A DNA stretch of 64,000 nucleotides from Octopus sinensis (lineage: Eukaryota), in the NCBI RefSeq assembly GCF_006345805.1, contig NC_043003.1, forward strand, positions 30,814,001 through 30,878,000. Direction: 5' to 3'. Position 1 is the stretch's first letter. Every line of letters begins with the position of its first letter. Positions 50,110 to 63,780 of the stretch are shown here, in pieces. The position numbers were made by a program, and so were the translations under genes. The notes below the pieces were generated by a model. It ran no database searches and was not told where the DNA came from. It saw only the letters and a program-made list of their open reading frames with translations.

Positions 50110-52307
50110 TGAAGCAAATAAAGTGTAGCAACAGACAAAGAACAGGATAAATTAGCACTCACTTGGTCAAGTAGAAACTTGATTGAATAGAATTCTCTGA
50201 CAAATAAAAGAAATTATCTCTGAATTGTAGCATTTGGAATTTTCCATTAACAAAAAAAAAATTAAAAAAATTTTTTTTTTTTAAACAGATTTTGTTTCTA
50301 AATGGTTGTCATGTTTCCATGTAATTAGTTATGAATGCCTTGAAACCATCTGTTTTAACATGTTTTCCACCGATCACAGTCACTGTTATAGAGATTATCT
50401 ATGTAGCAATGAATGAACACTGCTATGTTGTTGCTAGACCTGCTGAAATAGCTGAATAGTTAAACTATCCTCAGATAATACCGTGCCATTTTGAAATGAG
50501 TTGGACATTCATTAATGTAGTCTTAGATATGCAATCTTAGGGACAAAAATAAAAAGATAGGATGAGCAGAGCCTTTTATCCTAGGTTTGCTCAATCAGTA
50601 CTGACCTATTGTCATATATATTCAAGTAAGAAAGTTAGAGCAACAATTTTTTTTCTTTCAAAATTCATGATTGTTACAACATATATATTTTTTAAAATCT
50701 CTTTTTCAAGTGAATTTGGATGTCTTCTAAGAAGCTGGTGGCTACTTCTGGTTGATATACTCTTAAAGTATACTGAAAGCCAAATCTCATCCCTTGGATA
50801 GGACACCAGGTTTGCCCATGTTGACTTTTCTTGTGGGCACAACTGAACTCGCCATTGCAATTCTGCAAAACACTTCCTATTTTTTATAGCTAAACTTCTG
50901 CTTGTGCTTCTGTTTTGAGTTGTGAGTTGTATGTATATAATATATCACCACCTAGACATTGAAGGCCTTTGACAGAGTCCATTCTGTTGCAAGAATTAGG
51001 GTTGTATCTCTGATCTGAGAATAACTCCTCTTCCTCTCACCAAACTTAAAGATCTTGAAAAAAAAAAATCTTGGGCTCTGCCCTTTCCTCCTATGGCTAA
51101 GACAAAAAAGAAAGTGGGCTGGTACATTTAATAGTTAAATGTTGTGGACAGAAATTCAAAGTAGTATTGAATTGTAGTGACAGGTTATGAATTCTGAGCT
51201 CCTTGCTAATTGTTCATTTAATGCTTTGTTTTTCCGATGTTAGTATGGGTTTGAATGGGGCTTTATTTGAAGCAAGATGTTATGGCTTGATACTCTTCCC
51301 GTTGCCAACTTTTATCTGCTTTTCAAGTAATGGGTAGCTTTACCCTACAGATCTGTTTCCATTTCCTTTGAGAAGTGAGTGACAAGTGGTTGATAGTTGA
51401 CAGAATCAGAGAGAATGGAACATTTGGTAGCATATTTATTTGGGAATGGGACATACTGTCTGTATATTCCCAAAGATTGAGAGAGAGATTAAAAGAGTTT
51501 GATAAGGATACATTTAATTTAGCATGTAGGATTGGATGCAATTAAAATCAGTTTAGCATTGTCTTAGAGATTCTTGGAGGCATTTACATAGCATTAAAAC
51601 ATCACACACACTCATCTGCCCAATTATTCAGTCTTTTTCTCTTTCTCTCCCCTCTTTAATGTGTAGGTGTATCTGTTATGTCTAGATTCAATTTTGTGAA
51701 CAATTGAAATGGGTCAATATTTTTAATTTAGATTTTGCTTCAATTAGGTTAGTATTATTTTAGTTTGTGTTATTTGATGTTAATATGTTTCTTTATTTTC
51801 CTACTCTGTTTTATCTTTTCAATTTTCATTTTATTTCATATATAGTTTTATATTTTATTTAGTGTTTTTTTTTCTGCTTTTTTCTTTCAATTCACATACT
51901 GACATATGTATTATTGGATTGTATAAAAAAGAAAAAAAAAATGAATAAATATTATCATGTGCCTGAAATATGTTACTTTTAATTAAAGTTCTATTGAATA
52001 AGAATGCAGTCAGCCTATATAGGCAGGTATATTAGAGAAATTTTTTCACTTTTGTTTCAAATTTTCTATTATGCAATTTATTTCTTTTATTATTTCATCG
52101 CTGGAAGTAGACATGTATACTTAATTCACCACATACTATAAACTAGTACTATAAAGTCAGCCTATTTCTGAGACTGTATTCATAGGTTCTCTAATTTTCA
52201 TGGATACACATATACACTTAGTCGCCACTACCATGCATATATACATAAGACCATCTCTCTCTTCTCTAAATCCATCAAAACTTTTGATACACATCTTTAC
52301 ATATATA

Positions 52308-52520
52308 TACAAGAGGAAAGTTCCTGGCTTTGGGTAAAAGAAGATACAAAAAAATCAATCAATTATGATTTTGTTCAACATATTTCCCTCTCAGATTCAC
52401 ATACTTATTGCAGCGGTCCTTCAGTTTTTGTAAGCCCTGTAAAAGAATTTGGAAGGTTGGACCTCCATCCAAGCCTTTTGCAATACCCTTAAAGCCAGGA
52501 GCTTTTCAGCACCCCTTTTA
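52308..52520 (+). mobile_element. mariner-like MITE
   Basis: Inverted ends AAAGTTCCTGGCTTT / AAAGCCAGGAGCTTT, TA-rich flanks; second copy at 1550-1703. Confidence 0.75.
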
Positions 52521-52979
52521 TATATATGTGCTTGTGTATGTGTTACATGTAAACATAAATATGTACATATGCTAGTACATGTCTATGCTTGTGTGCTTTG
52601 TATGCAGATATTTAGGTGTATATGTAATTATATCTTTGTGGCAATACATCTAAATCTAACAAAGTTTTGGAGCCCACACACCTCTCCTCAACTTATACAG
52701 GATACATAAAAACATGACAAAGGACACAGCCATTATGTTAATGGTTATTTGTAGTAATTTGTTGCTTTTCATTCAAGTTCTGTTACATATTAACTGGTGA
52801 TAACTTCCTTTTAGGTATGAGATGCAATCAATCAAACTTCATTTTAGATTTAAAAAAAACAGACATAAATTCATCTGCCCATTCACTGAATACTCTTATT
52901 TTTTTAGTTGATGCTTATGATAGAAAGATGTGGGAGACAGAAACTTACAACATAGACGACAACCGGGGTGTTTCTATAA

Positions 52980-53560
52980 GATAACTTGCAGAGAGCTGCT
53001 GAACTGATCTGTGGCTGGTACAAGTCCCTGGCAAGGAAGGTGAATGGTGATGGAATAACAGCTAAAAGACAAGCTATTGCTTACTGATGTTTCAGTAGAA
53101 TGGTGCCATATAACAATTTGATAGGAGCTATAGAAAAATTCTGTCTCTGTATATCAAAAAATATACATGTTCTACTTGTCTTAATGCATCTGAAGGAGTT
53201 TATAGATATTTGGGCTGCTTAGGTTGCTGCAATTAAGTTTGTTGATGTTTATATTCTCAAATGTTCTAAGCATTCACTTCCATTCTCAGTTCCATGTGAT
53301 GATCTGTCCAATACTGAGTTTCTCTCATTTTACAGGTGAATAATTACATCTATGAGATCTATCTGTCTAACCATGCTGAAGTCGATGAGATGACATTTTG
53401 TTTTGATTTGGTAGCATTCCCAAATGATCTGGTGTCTATTGCTATCAACTAAGTGAACATAACTTATCAAAAATAAGAGATTCAGTTTAGACATGCAAAA
53501 AATGCTTGCAGCAGATTTGACCAAATGGCCTAAATATTCCAACAGCTTTTTGCCTTGACC
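52980..53560 (+). pseudogene. decayed DNA-transposase-like ORF, possibly hAT (hATm-like)
   Basis: One frame with few stops: GAIEKFCLCISKNIHVL..FVDVYI..SVPCDDL...FLSFYR..LKSMR*HF, resembling GA.h.arWm.K.IY.L / AP.nDL / rHlWY motifs recalled from memory. Confidence 0.4.
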
Positions 53561-54834
53561 ATCAAACCATACCAAGTAAAGATAAAAGTCTGAATCTCTT
53601 ATTTTTGATTTGTTTGTTCACTAAGTTCTTGGGAATAAGTACCAGATCATTTGGGAATGCTACTTGTGATGAACTAGCATTCTATCCAGGAAAATTATAT
53701 ATCTACTTAATGTTATGAAACTGTAGCTCAGCATTTTCCATATAACTTCACCTAATATTTCCAAAACTATCTTTTCTGCTTTCTTAGATATGTAGAAATA
53801 ACAACAACTTAACAATTCTAATGTTGGTATGTCACAGGGGGAAGAAGTGAGAGAGAGAGAGAGAGAGATCAACTGGTGATACTGACTGACCACAGTTTAA
53901 ATTCCACTAGGTTATAACATAAAAATATTGTGAGGTGTTATGATTTGGATTTTTCACATATTACTCATAACTTTTTGATAAAAATGTCTAGAGGTAAATC
54001 TTGATGTGTAAAATAAATAACTGTAGTGCTGAAAAATTATCTAGTTATTAGAATGAAGAAATGCATGAGGGAAGAAAGTTGCTGGTGTATTGGGGTGGGA
54101 TGTTTTTGCAATGTTTAAGTCTTAAGGTGAAAATGTATGCTGTGAAAGTAAAGCAAAAATGCTGTGATTTGCTCTGTGGTAGTATCTAGAAAGTGTGTGC
54201 ATATTTATGTAGATCAGGAGACTTGAAATAATTACACTATCATGTGAGGGAGCTCCCACTGAGAGAAAAATCAATAAAGGACAGTAATTATGTATATTTA
54301 TTTGATTTTTTTTTTCAGTGTTTCTTGTAACATTTTTTTTTGTACATTAATATGGTTTTAATAAATCTATACATTTGCATGAGTGCTTGGAGCAGGTATT
54401 TTACTTCTTAATGTACTTTCAAACTTTTACATATTTAGGATGTAGAGTATATCAGTCTGTGATAATGAGGTTGTATAGCTCCAGTCAGCTCTGACACTGC
54501 AACTTCAAAATACCTATAACACTGAAATGGATAATTATGTACTTGGGATAGATAATAATGCTTACTTTCAAAGATAAGAGTAAATATATGTTTTGCTTCA
54601 GACCAGACTGCTGTATGATTATTATAAGGCTTTAAAACACTTGCTCAAGTTCATATTTCTTTTCAGTACTTTTGCCAGATTATCTCTTTATCATGAATGG
54701 TCTTCAATTGAATCAATGCTATTGTTCCCCACTCCACCTCTTTTACCTCTGTCTCAGCCAACCAATAATATGTATAAGATACTAACAATGTCCACGGATA
54801 TTTTGTTTTAATATTTGACAGTTACTATGATTAT

Positions 54835-55002
54835 AAATATTGATTTCAAATTTCGGCACAGGGCCAATAATTTTGAGGGAGGGGGTAAGTTGATCACATT
54901 GACCTCAGAGCTCGTCTGCCACTTATTTTAATGACCCCGAAAGGATGAAAGGCAAAATCAACCTTCTTGGAATTTGAACTCAAAATGTAGAGACAGATGA
55001 AA
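54835..55002 (-). mobile_element. SINE family A, 3' part
   Basis: GACCCCGAAAGGATGAAAGGC...GGAATTTGAACTC. Confidence 0.8.
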
Positions 55003-55675
55003 TTGAATATAACATCAGTTCATTATAACACTCACTCTATAAGCAGGCATATCATATAATTTGTTTCATTTGTTTTACATTTGTTTTTCCAAGTAAGCAT
55101 GGGTTGGATGGTTACTTATTGAGGCATTGTTTTACAACTGGATTCCTTTCCTATTGCTAAGACTCACCCACTTTCAACTAAAGGATTGTTTTACTCCACT
55201 TGTGTTTGAAAGTGTGAAGCAGGAAGTAGAATGTAAACATTCACCCAGACACACATGCATGTATTCTCCCTCTCTCTCTCTCTTTCACACACACTCACAA
55301 TAGGCATTTGTTCAATTTCCACTTGCAAATATGCATGGAAATGAGTTACATATCAATTGCATAATTTTAATAAGCCTTGACTTTCCATTTGAATTCAAGT
55401 GAAGGTAGTGTCAGGAACACAATGAAATAAAAAAAGAAACAAAGAAGGAAAAAGTTACTCCCTAGTTATTCATCAGGCTGAAATATCAATATTTCATATC
55501 CTGTCTCTTAGAAAAGGCTCTTAACTTTTAACTGGTACAGTTCATATAATTCTATAAGGGTATTATAGCTAGGGTACAACTTAGTGTAAATTGGAGAAGC
55601 ATTGTATTAGAGAATTGCTTCATTGATTCTTTTTCCTTACTGAGCTCAACTCCTTTCATTGATATAGTTTATGCA

Positions 55676-55677
<2 letters not shown>

Positions 55678-55720
<43 letters not shown>
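55678..55720. repeat. (CT)n microsatellite
   Basis: Direct reading. Confidence 0.95.
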
Positions 55721-55723
<3 letters not shown>

Positions 55724-56591
55724 ATCAATAATTAGCTACCCATTGGTAATGGATGCATCTGATTACAAAAACTCAAGCAATTGACTCTGTTGTGTAAATT
55801 AAATGCTGATTGATTGATTGAATGATTGATGATAATAAAAATATAGTAAAGTAAATAGAATTTATTACGGAAGTTAGATTCTATAAAGTAATTGAATTCC
55901 AAAAGCTTTTAGAATGATGAAACTTGTCTATATATTTCAATATGGTTGCATTATACTGGAAATGAATTGACTTTTCCATTCATGTTGTAAATTATGTTTG
56001 AAGGTTGTTTGACATGGTTGATGCCACCTCCCATTAGTATTGTTTGCTTGATATTCATTCCATCAGAAAAATTGGAAAAAATCTCTTTGTTTTTGTTTGT
56101 CAAGGCCTACTAGTTACAGTTAGTTAACAGATGTTCTATTGATGTTATTATCATAAACATGCTACTGATGTTATTATCAAAAATGCAATCTGAGCAAATT
56201 CGATTTTCAGATTTTAATAAAGTTTAAATATTAATTCTACTGTTTTATCTCCATTTTTTTCTATTAAAAAAAAATTCATTTATTTTTTTTTTATTCCTTT
56301 CATACTGCCAACAGACAAGCAATTAGAAGCAGAGTTTTCAGATTTAGTCAGAGGATTTGTTTGATTAATTACTACTATTATTATTGTTTTTTTCTTAAAT
56401 TTTACATCACAATTAGGGAACAAGGTCATTGGTTACAGATTTCCAGTTTACCAATCACTGGTTCACTGTATTTCTAAAGGTGTGAGTGACCAGGGACTGT
56501 CTAACTTAATGCAAGGAAAGTATCTCTGGAGACTTGTGGTTGGTTTTTTTTCTCAACAAAGTTTTTATCCTCTGTGGGTATGTGTGTGTAA

Positions 56592-56733
56592 GGTGGTTGG
56601 TGTTAGGAAGGGCATCCTGCCATAAAAAACCCTATCAAAACAGACAGTGAAGCCTGGTGCAGTCTTCTGCCAAGCTAGCCCCTGTCAAACTGTCCAACAC
56701 ATGCCAGTATGGAAAATGGATGTTAAATGATGA
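56592..56733 (+). mobile_element. family C, 3' part
   Basis: GGTGTTAGGAAGGGCATCC...GGATGTTAAATGATGAT. Confidence 0.8.
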
Positions 56734-57841
56734 TATATAACACACACACTGTATATATGAGTAGGAACACATGGTAAAATCACAGATAATGGACATGGTT
56801 ATCTCTCATCAGTTATTAATAAAAAAATCATCATAATTTCACGCCATTATTGATAAGATTGTTCACTTTGGTGATATGAACAAGAAACACTGCTAGAATA
56901 AGTGAGTGGTCATAAAGGACGGTGACGAAAACATAAATAAGTGATAAACAGTGACAGAATAAGGACAAGACATAATGGAAAATAACAGAAGTAGTTAGTA
57001 TATATATATATATATATATATTCTTACATATAAAGGCCTTTTGGCTGTGACACAGCTTGAGATATGTTGCAGAAGTAATGGAAAAAATGCCCTATAGGAC
57101 TTGAAAAGGAAAGTAGAGATGTGTGTGTGTGTTCATGTTAGCTTTTATTTCAAGCTATGAATAAAAACAGTTTAACATTAAACTAAAAGATTAGTCATTG
57201 CTTTTTAGTAGTGTACATGTTTATTAAACCTTTTACATGGAAAAGGTTGACAATCACTTCAAAGTTTCAACTTGTTTACTTTTATTAAACACTGGTGTAT
57301 GTATGTATATATAGATATATATATTGTAAAAAAGAGTGAGTCTCTCACCCTTACCACTCTTTTACATTTATACCTCCCATTATACTCTGTTAGTCTCTCC
57401 ACTATATACAGACCCACCCCCCATAATATCCTTATGTATAAGTGAAAAGGAAATAAAACAAAATATGAAAATAATATGGTAAGTTCATACAGCTCTAGAT
57501 AATTGGAATGACTTCATCTCTCTATAATATATCTGTTCATGAATCCACCCACCTTATCAGCATTTAACACCCGCTTTCCATGCTGGCATGGGTTGGACAT
57601 GGTTTCTACAGCTGAATACACTTCCAACCACTTTGCAGAATATATTGTTTTTTTTTTCTATTGCATCAACACCAGTGAAATTGCTTTTCAAATACCAAGC
57701 AAAGGGCTTAATGGAGTCCCTATGAGTGAAGGAAAATATGAGAGAGAGAGAAAGAGCGAGCGTGTGTGTGTGATGAGAGGAACAGATTTATAGTTGTGAG
57801 AGTAGTTGAGAGACTGTGTGTGTGTGTATATATATATATAT

Positions 57842-58034
57842 ATCATCATCATCATCATCGTTTAGCGTCCGCTTTCCATGCTAGCATGGGTTGGACGGGT
57901 CAACTGGGGTCTGTGAAGCTGGAAGGCTTCGTCAGGCCCAGTCAGATCTGGCAGTGTTTCTACGGCTGGATGCCCTTCCTAACGCCAACCACTCCGCGAG
58001 TGTAGTGGGTGTTTTTTACGTGCCACCTGCACAG
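57842..58034 (-). mobile_element. young family C retroposon inside (TA)n
   Basis: (ATC)n GTTTAGCGTCCGC...; (TA)n on both flanks; family B head follows at ~58050-58205. Confidence 0.9.
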
Positions 58035-59624
58035 TATATATATATATATAAGTTTCTGCACAGTTTCAATCTTCCAAATTCTACTCAGAAAGTACTGGTT
58101 AATCTAAGGCTGTGATAGAAACCATTTGCTCAAGGTGCCAAGCTGTAAGATTGAACCCAGAAACATGTGGTTGTGAAGTGAACTTGTAAACATCATGGCT
58201 ATGCCTGCTCTCATGAATAACATCAAACATTCTGCACTTAAACCTCACGATCACTGTATGTTTGATTGCTATTGACAAGAATAAGCTAAATGAGAGAACT
58301 TGTTAGGAAACATATGGGTGCTTTTGAGAATTTTTCATTGATGACATGAAAAAAATTTCCATAGGCTTTCTTCATCATTCCCTTATATAAAATATTTTGA
58401 AAGGAATGTATGGTGTTCTGTTAAATATATTGGTTATGTTATATATCATAACAAGAATTTTAACTTTGCTTTTAGCATTATTTGCAAATCAGAATCCACT
58501 TGGAATAATTTGGTTGTTGAGAAAAGTTGTTGGGATTTCTTTAAGGACAGCAAGTTTGTATTGCACTTAATAACCTTGTACCGTTAACTTACTCAAGATA
58601 CTTTATAACTTGCACTTGAATTACAATACGAATCTTGGATTTAGATATGAAGAAGGTAAACCAAACTAAATTTGGTGAACTGAGGGTCCTAAACATATCT
58701 CACCAGGTGTACCCTACTAACCTAGTAAGCTTTAGTATTAAAAGGTGGGGTGGGGAGGAAAAGAAAGTTGTGTGCGTATGAATTACTTCTTTAGCTAATG
58801 GTAGCTAGCTAGTACTGATCCGCTGTCATTAAAGAGATTAGGCTATTTTGATTATCTAGAGCTCTGAATTGGGCTATTAACTTTGTATTTTGTCCTTCAT
58901 TTATTTTATATTTAGATAATAGAAGTGAAGTCACTAAATTTGTTCTGTGTTGGAGCACCAGCTCGCAGATTTTTGAGTTCAAGCCCATTTCACATATTTT
59001 GCAGTAAATGTGGTCAATATAGATTGCTTTAGTAGACCTAGCTAGCATGAGATTATGTGGGAAAGTTTCCTGAGTTCTAATTCAAAAGGAGATTTCTTTC
59101 TCAGCTTCTTAATACTAAAAGAATAGAGATAAGTTACACCTTGTCACTGAAACTTTTTAAATTTTATTATCATATTCAGTTGTGGAATGGACCAATTTGA
59201 GGGAAATATTGATTAGGGAGTTTGTGTTGATAGTTATGTTGTTCTTGTTGTTGAAGTGACTTGTGATATTGAAGATGTTGCTTGAATGATTTTGACAGAC
59301 CTTTGATACTTTTCTCCTAACTTGGCAGATAGAATTATGTACAGTAATTTATCTTTCTTAAGATTAGAGCACTGTGTGTGTGTGAGAGAGAGAGAGAGGG
59401 AAGGAGAGTTAATATTGAAAAATTTGCATCATGAGTTAATCATTCAATATTGAAATTCATTAGCATTGAGGATGATATCATGTGTTTGTATTTTTAGATT
59501 GGTTTAATTTGAAAAAAAGCAGCTCCTACGACCATTTTCAGGGCTGCGGAGATGATTGAAACGAAAAGAGAATTTATTCTTAGACATTTTGAACTGTGTT
59601 CAGAGAAAAGCCATTCATTGCTTG

Positions 59625-59995
59625 ATAATCTTTCATTAACAAACACACTTCAGCCTCTATCCACAGACATACTGTCCCCTCTCTCTGTCTTTCCTATAAC
59701 TGTTATAAAAGTTGTCTTTCTCAAAAATACTTTTTTTCATGCCTTCTCAATTCAAGCACCCGTGATTCACTCATTTTATCTTCTCTTATCCAAGTTGCAT
59801 CCACTGTAACCCTGGCCCTGCACTAATAAGTATTCTCAGTCCTTGCTGCCCAGAACATTCTCTTTGGAATCTTCTCCATGTCCATGTCTTTCTTACAAAT
59901 ATTGACCAGCAACAATTTAAATGGAGCACTAATGACATCAAGCTCACTGGAACTACAGACGCCTTGGGCATTGCCCCTTCCTCTAGGCCTTAGCA
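59625..59995 (+). pseudogene. LINE ORF2 C-terminus and 3' tail (CR1/L2 group)
   Basis: LTNTLQPLS.., QSLLPRT, SLWNLLHVHVFLTNIDQQQFKW; tail CCTTGGGCATTGCCCCTTCCTC also seen near 51070. Confidence 0.65.
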
Positions 59996-61664
59996 AAAGG
60001 AAAACAAAACCTCCTTTACTTGAATGCTTGCAATACACCTGACTTTTTCTAACAGTAGCCAAAGGCCAGATGCTTTATCCTCCTTCACCTTCCCTCAAAT
60101 GGGTTTGCTCTCACTACTGATAATTGGTAACATTCACAAAAAGACATAGCAGTTGATAAACTAAATACCCTAAACTAAATTCCAATTTTCTGGATTCTGT
60201 GTTCATATATTTTGCTGTAATGAATTGCACTGTAAAGGATTTTGAGGCTGTTTTTGTTCTTGCAAGTCTTTGGTCAACCCAGGTCTACAGTAGAAAACAC
60301 TTTCTCAAGATGCCAAGTGTGCAGTGTGACTGAACCTGGAACCATGTGGTCTGAAAGCAAATTTCTTACTACACAACCTCACTTGATATATTTGATACGA
60401 ACAGGTTGAATCTGATTATGCCTTGCATTTAGAAATCAACATCATTGTATATTTTAGATGATTTTGAATTGTAAAGTTCTTAACTGTATATTGAGATTTG
60501 AAATCTCTATTGTATGGCTTTTCAGTAGATGATGATTTTCCAATCTATTAAACACAATCTTTAGGTTGTGTATATATATATAATTTACACTATATTGATT
60601 CTATCTTTAAACATCATCAATTTTATTCCCAAATATGTACCTTTGTCATGTATACATGAATTCAAAATAGGAATCTTTATTTCTCAAAGAAAGGTATCCA
60701 CATCTATATCTATTGAGTCATCTGTAAAATGCTCATAAATGTTGCTAGTTTGAATCTTGCCTGAAACAAATATACATTTGGAGATAGGGCACCTGATGAC
60801 AGAGATTGAACTCGTTAAAATATAGACTTATAAATATACATTTTAATGATGAATAGACTGGATAATTGACATTTTAATAACAATAAATCATTCCATTTTA
60901 AATGCATATAAATATTTATCAAACAATTTCCTAATATTAGATAATTATTAAATCTTTTTTTCCTACTCCTGATTCTGAGTTAAATCTTTCAAAATTCTTC
61001 TCTAAGTACTTTTATATTCAATAATAGCTTTTATGAACTTTTATTTCTCATTTTTTTACCAGATTTTTTTGCATTGTTTTTTTTCCTTTCCTGCCTAACA
61101 ATTGCTTTATAATTAGATTCCATAGTTAAACATCTTGTATTTGTGTTACACTCATTATTACTGTTTGTTTATATTCAAACAGCGGATGAGCAGGATTAAA
61201 CCTGATAGATCTTAGTACAAGCTACAACATGTAGAATTTAATACACATTCCGATTACAGAGATTGAATTTGCCTCATTGACTTGTATTCTACATATTGAT
61301 GCAATCTCAAAGTTTCTACCTGGAAGTTAAAGCACTTAAAATCATTTCAGTGTTTCTGTAGATTAAGAACACATCATTTTTAAATATTTCGTTTAGATAT
61401 GTTTTAATTATGAGATGGATGAAAACACTGCTTTTCATTTTACTTTTATCAAATTTGGAAAAACTTAGTGGATTGCAAGATATGCAAGTGCATGAATATT
61501 TTTCTCTATTTTGATATTCTTTTGCTATTTCAATTATTTTCAAACACTATTTAAGGATTTTTTCTTTATTTTTATGAAGTAAAAAAAAAAAGCATTTAAT
61601 TAGTTAGGGCTTATTTATCAGTATGTAAAAGCTGACTAGTTACAGATTATCAATGATTCTAATT

Positions 61665-61800
61665 TCTGACTCTTTACATTCTAACTTCAATTCCCACTAA
61701 GGTGTTGACAAAATAAAGTACCAGTTAATTACTAGGGTCAATGGTATTGACTAATCCCCTTCCTTGAAAATTGCTGGCCTTGTTCCTAATTCAGAAACAG
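61665..61800 (+). mobile_element. SINE family A, old and deleted
   Basis: GTTGACAAAATAAAGTACCAG...AAATTGCTGGCCTTGT. Confidence 0.6.
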
Positions 61801-62595
61801 TTTTTATTAATTCTGTTCTGTCTGCAGGAAGTATCTTGACTTTATTCTGCTGAAAGAGATATAACTACCTTCTTCCTTGTTTCTTATTCACTGTTGTTTT
61901 CTGTTATATATTGCTGTGTGTTAGGAACGTTATTCCACTTTTACAGGTGCAAATTGGTTGTGATATCTCTTTGTGCTGTGAAAAAGCTTATAGGAAGGAT
62001 AGAGTTTAATCTTATCACTACAAAATAACAAAGCAGCCATTCATTGTGCAGTACTCCCACTGTTTACATCATTCATTTACACCTCTGTGGCGAGGTCCTG
62101 AGAAATTAAGCATTTTCAGTAACAAGATAAGAATCATGGCTATTTTGGACAGTCTGCCAATACACCCTATTGATTATTTGTTTTTATTGTAACATCACTC
62201 AGTTATGAACATGTTAAACAGTTGAGTTCTCTTATTATAGTAATTTAGCTTAACTCAAATATATGATGTATTTTAAGTATTTTTATTTTAATGAATTGAA
62301 CTTTTATATTTTTCCTGTAAAGATATACTATAGTTTTAGATTATTCTCAAAGCTAAAATATATCTTCACAGATAAAATACATATTTCTATCTATTTACTC
62401 TATTTTTTTACGTTAGGTTTTAATGTGATAAATGTATTATAAACACTTGGTCCTACTTTTTAAGTTTAAAATTTAGTTAAAGGAATTTCTTCTATAAGAA
62501 GTATCATGTTTTTATTTCTTTAAGAAATATTGTTTAATTCTGTTTGATTATTTATTAAAAATATGTATTTATTTAACTATTAGTTATTATTTGTT

Positions 62596-62701
62596 GACCT
62601 GAGGAGTGACTATACTTTTAAATTGAATTGTTTTTGGATTGGTTAAATTTAAATTTAATTGTAATTCGAATTGAAGTTATAGCCACGAAATGTACGTAGT
62701 C
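62596..62701 (+). ncRNA. type-I hammerhead ribozyme motif with complete catalytic core
   Basis: GAC-CTGAGGA-GTGACTATACTT...AAGTTATAGCCAC-GAAA-T-GTAC-GTA-GTC: stem I GAC/GTC, long stem II, stem III with palindromic GTAC, GUA triplet. Confidence 0.7.
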
Positions 62702-62920
62702 TATACTTTATTGTGATCTACGTGAATGTTTTATCATATATTTTATTTTTTCTATATGGTATGTTTTACACCTATCATTGTTTGAATTACATAATAGGGG
62801 TTTTTCTCTAATTTATATATATATATATATATATTGTAAATTTGATTTAAAACTAAATTGAATTTTTCCCTGTAAGTTTGGTGTTATACTCTTATTATTA
62901 TATGTGTATATATATGTATG

Positions 62921-62954
<34 letters not shown>

Positions 62955-62955
<1 letters not shown>

Positions 62956-63346
62956 GGAGTGGCTGTGTGGTAAGTAGCTTGCTTACTGATAACATGGTTC
63001 AGGGTTCAGTCCCAGTATGTGGCACCTTGAGCAAGTGTTTTCTGCTATAGCCTCGGGCCGACCAAAGCCTTGTGAGTGGATTTGGTAGACGGAAACTGAA
63101 AGAAGCCTGTTGTATATATATATATGTATGTGTGTGTATGTGTTTGTGTGTCTGTGTTTGTCCCCCAACATCGCTTGACAACCAATGCTGGTGTGTCCCC
63201 GTAACTTAGCAGTTTGGCAAAAGAGACCGATAGAATAAGCACTAGGCTTACAAAGAATAAAGTCCTGGGGTCGATTTTCTTGACTAAAGGTGGTGCTCCA
63301 GCATGGCCACAGTCAAATGACTGAAACAATTAAAAGAGTAAAAGAG
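62955..63346 (+). mobile_element. full-length SINE family B
   Basis: tRNA-like head (GGTTCAGTCCC B-box), GGCACCTTGAGCAAGTG CORE-like segment, internal TA/TG tract, 3' GTAAAAGAG repeats. Confidence 0.93.
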
Positions 63347-63597
63347 TATATATATATATATATGTGTGTGTATATATGTATATATATGTGTGTGTATATA
63401 TGTATATATATGTGTGTGTATATATGTATATATATGTGTGTATATATATATATATGTGTGTGTGTGCATATATATGTATATATATGTGTATATATATATG
63501 TGTGTGTGTGCATATATATGTATATATGTGTGTGTGTGTGCATATATATGTATATATATGTGTGTGTATATATGTATATATATGTGTATATATGTAT

Positions 63598-63637
<40 letters not shown>

Positions 63638-63669
63638 TGTATGTGTGTGTGTGTGTATATATATATGTA

Positions 63670-63755
<86 letters not shown>

Positions 63756-63780
63756 GTGTGTGTATATATATATATATATA
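63347..63780. repeat. compound (TA)n/(TG)n satellite with ~24-bp sub-period
   Basis: Direct reading. Confidence 0.95.

Noticed and set aside
60787-60830. CTGATGA followed by a small GAG/CTC hairpin
   Set aside because: No GAAA box or stem I/III pairing
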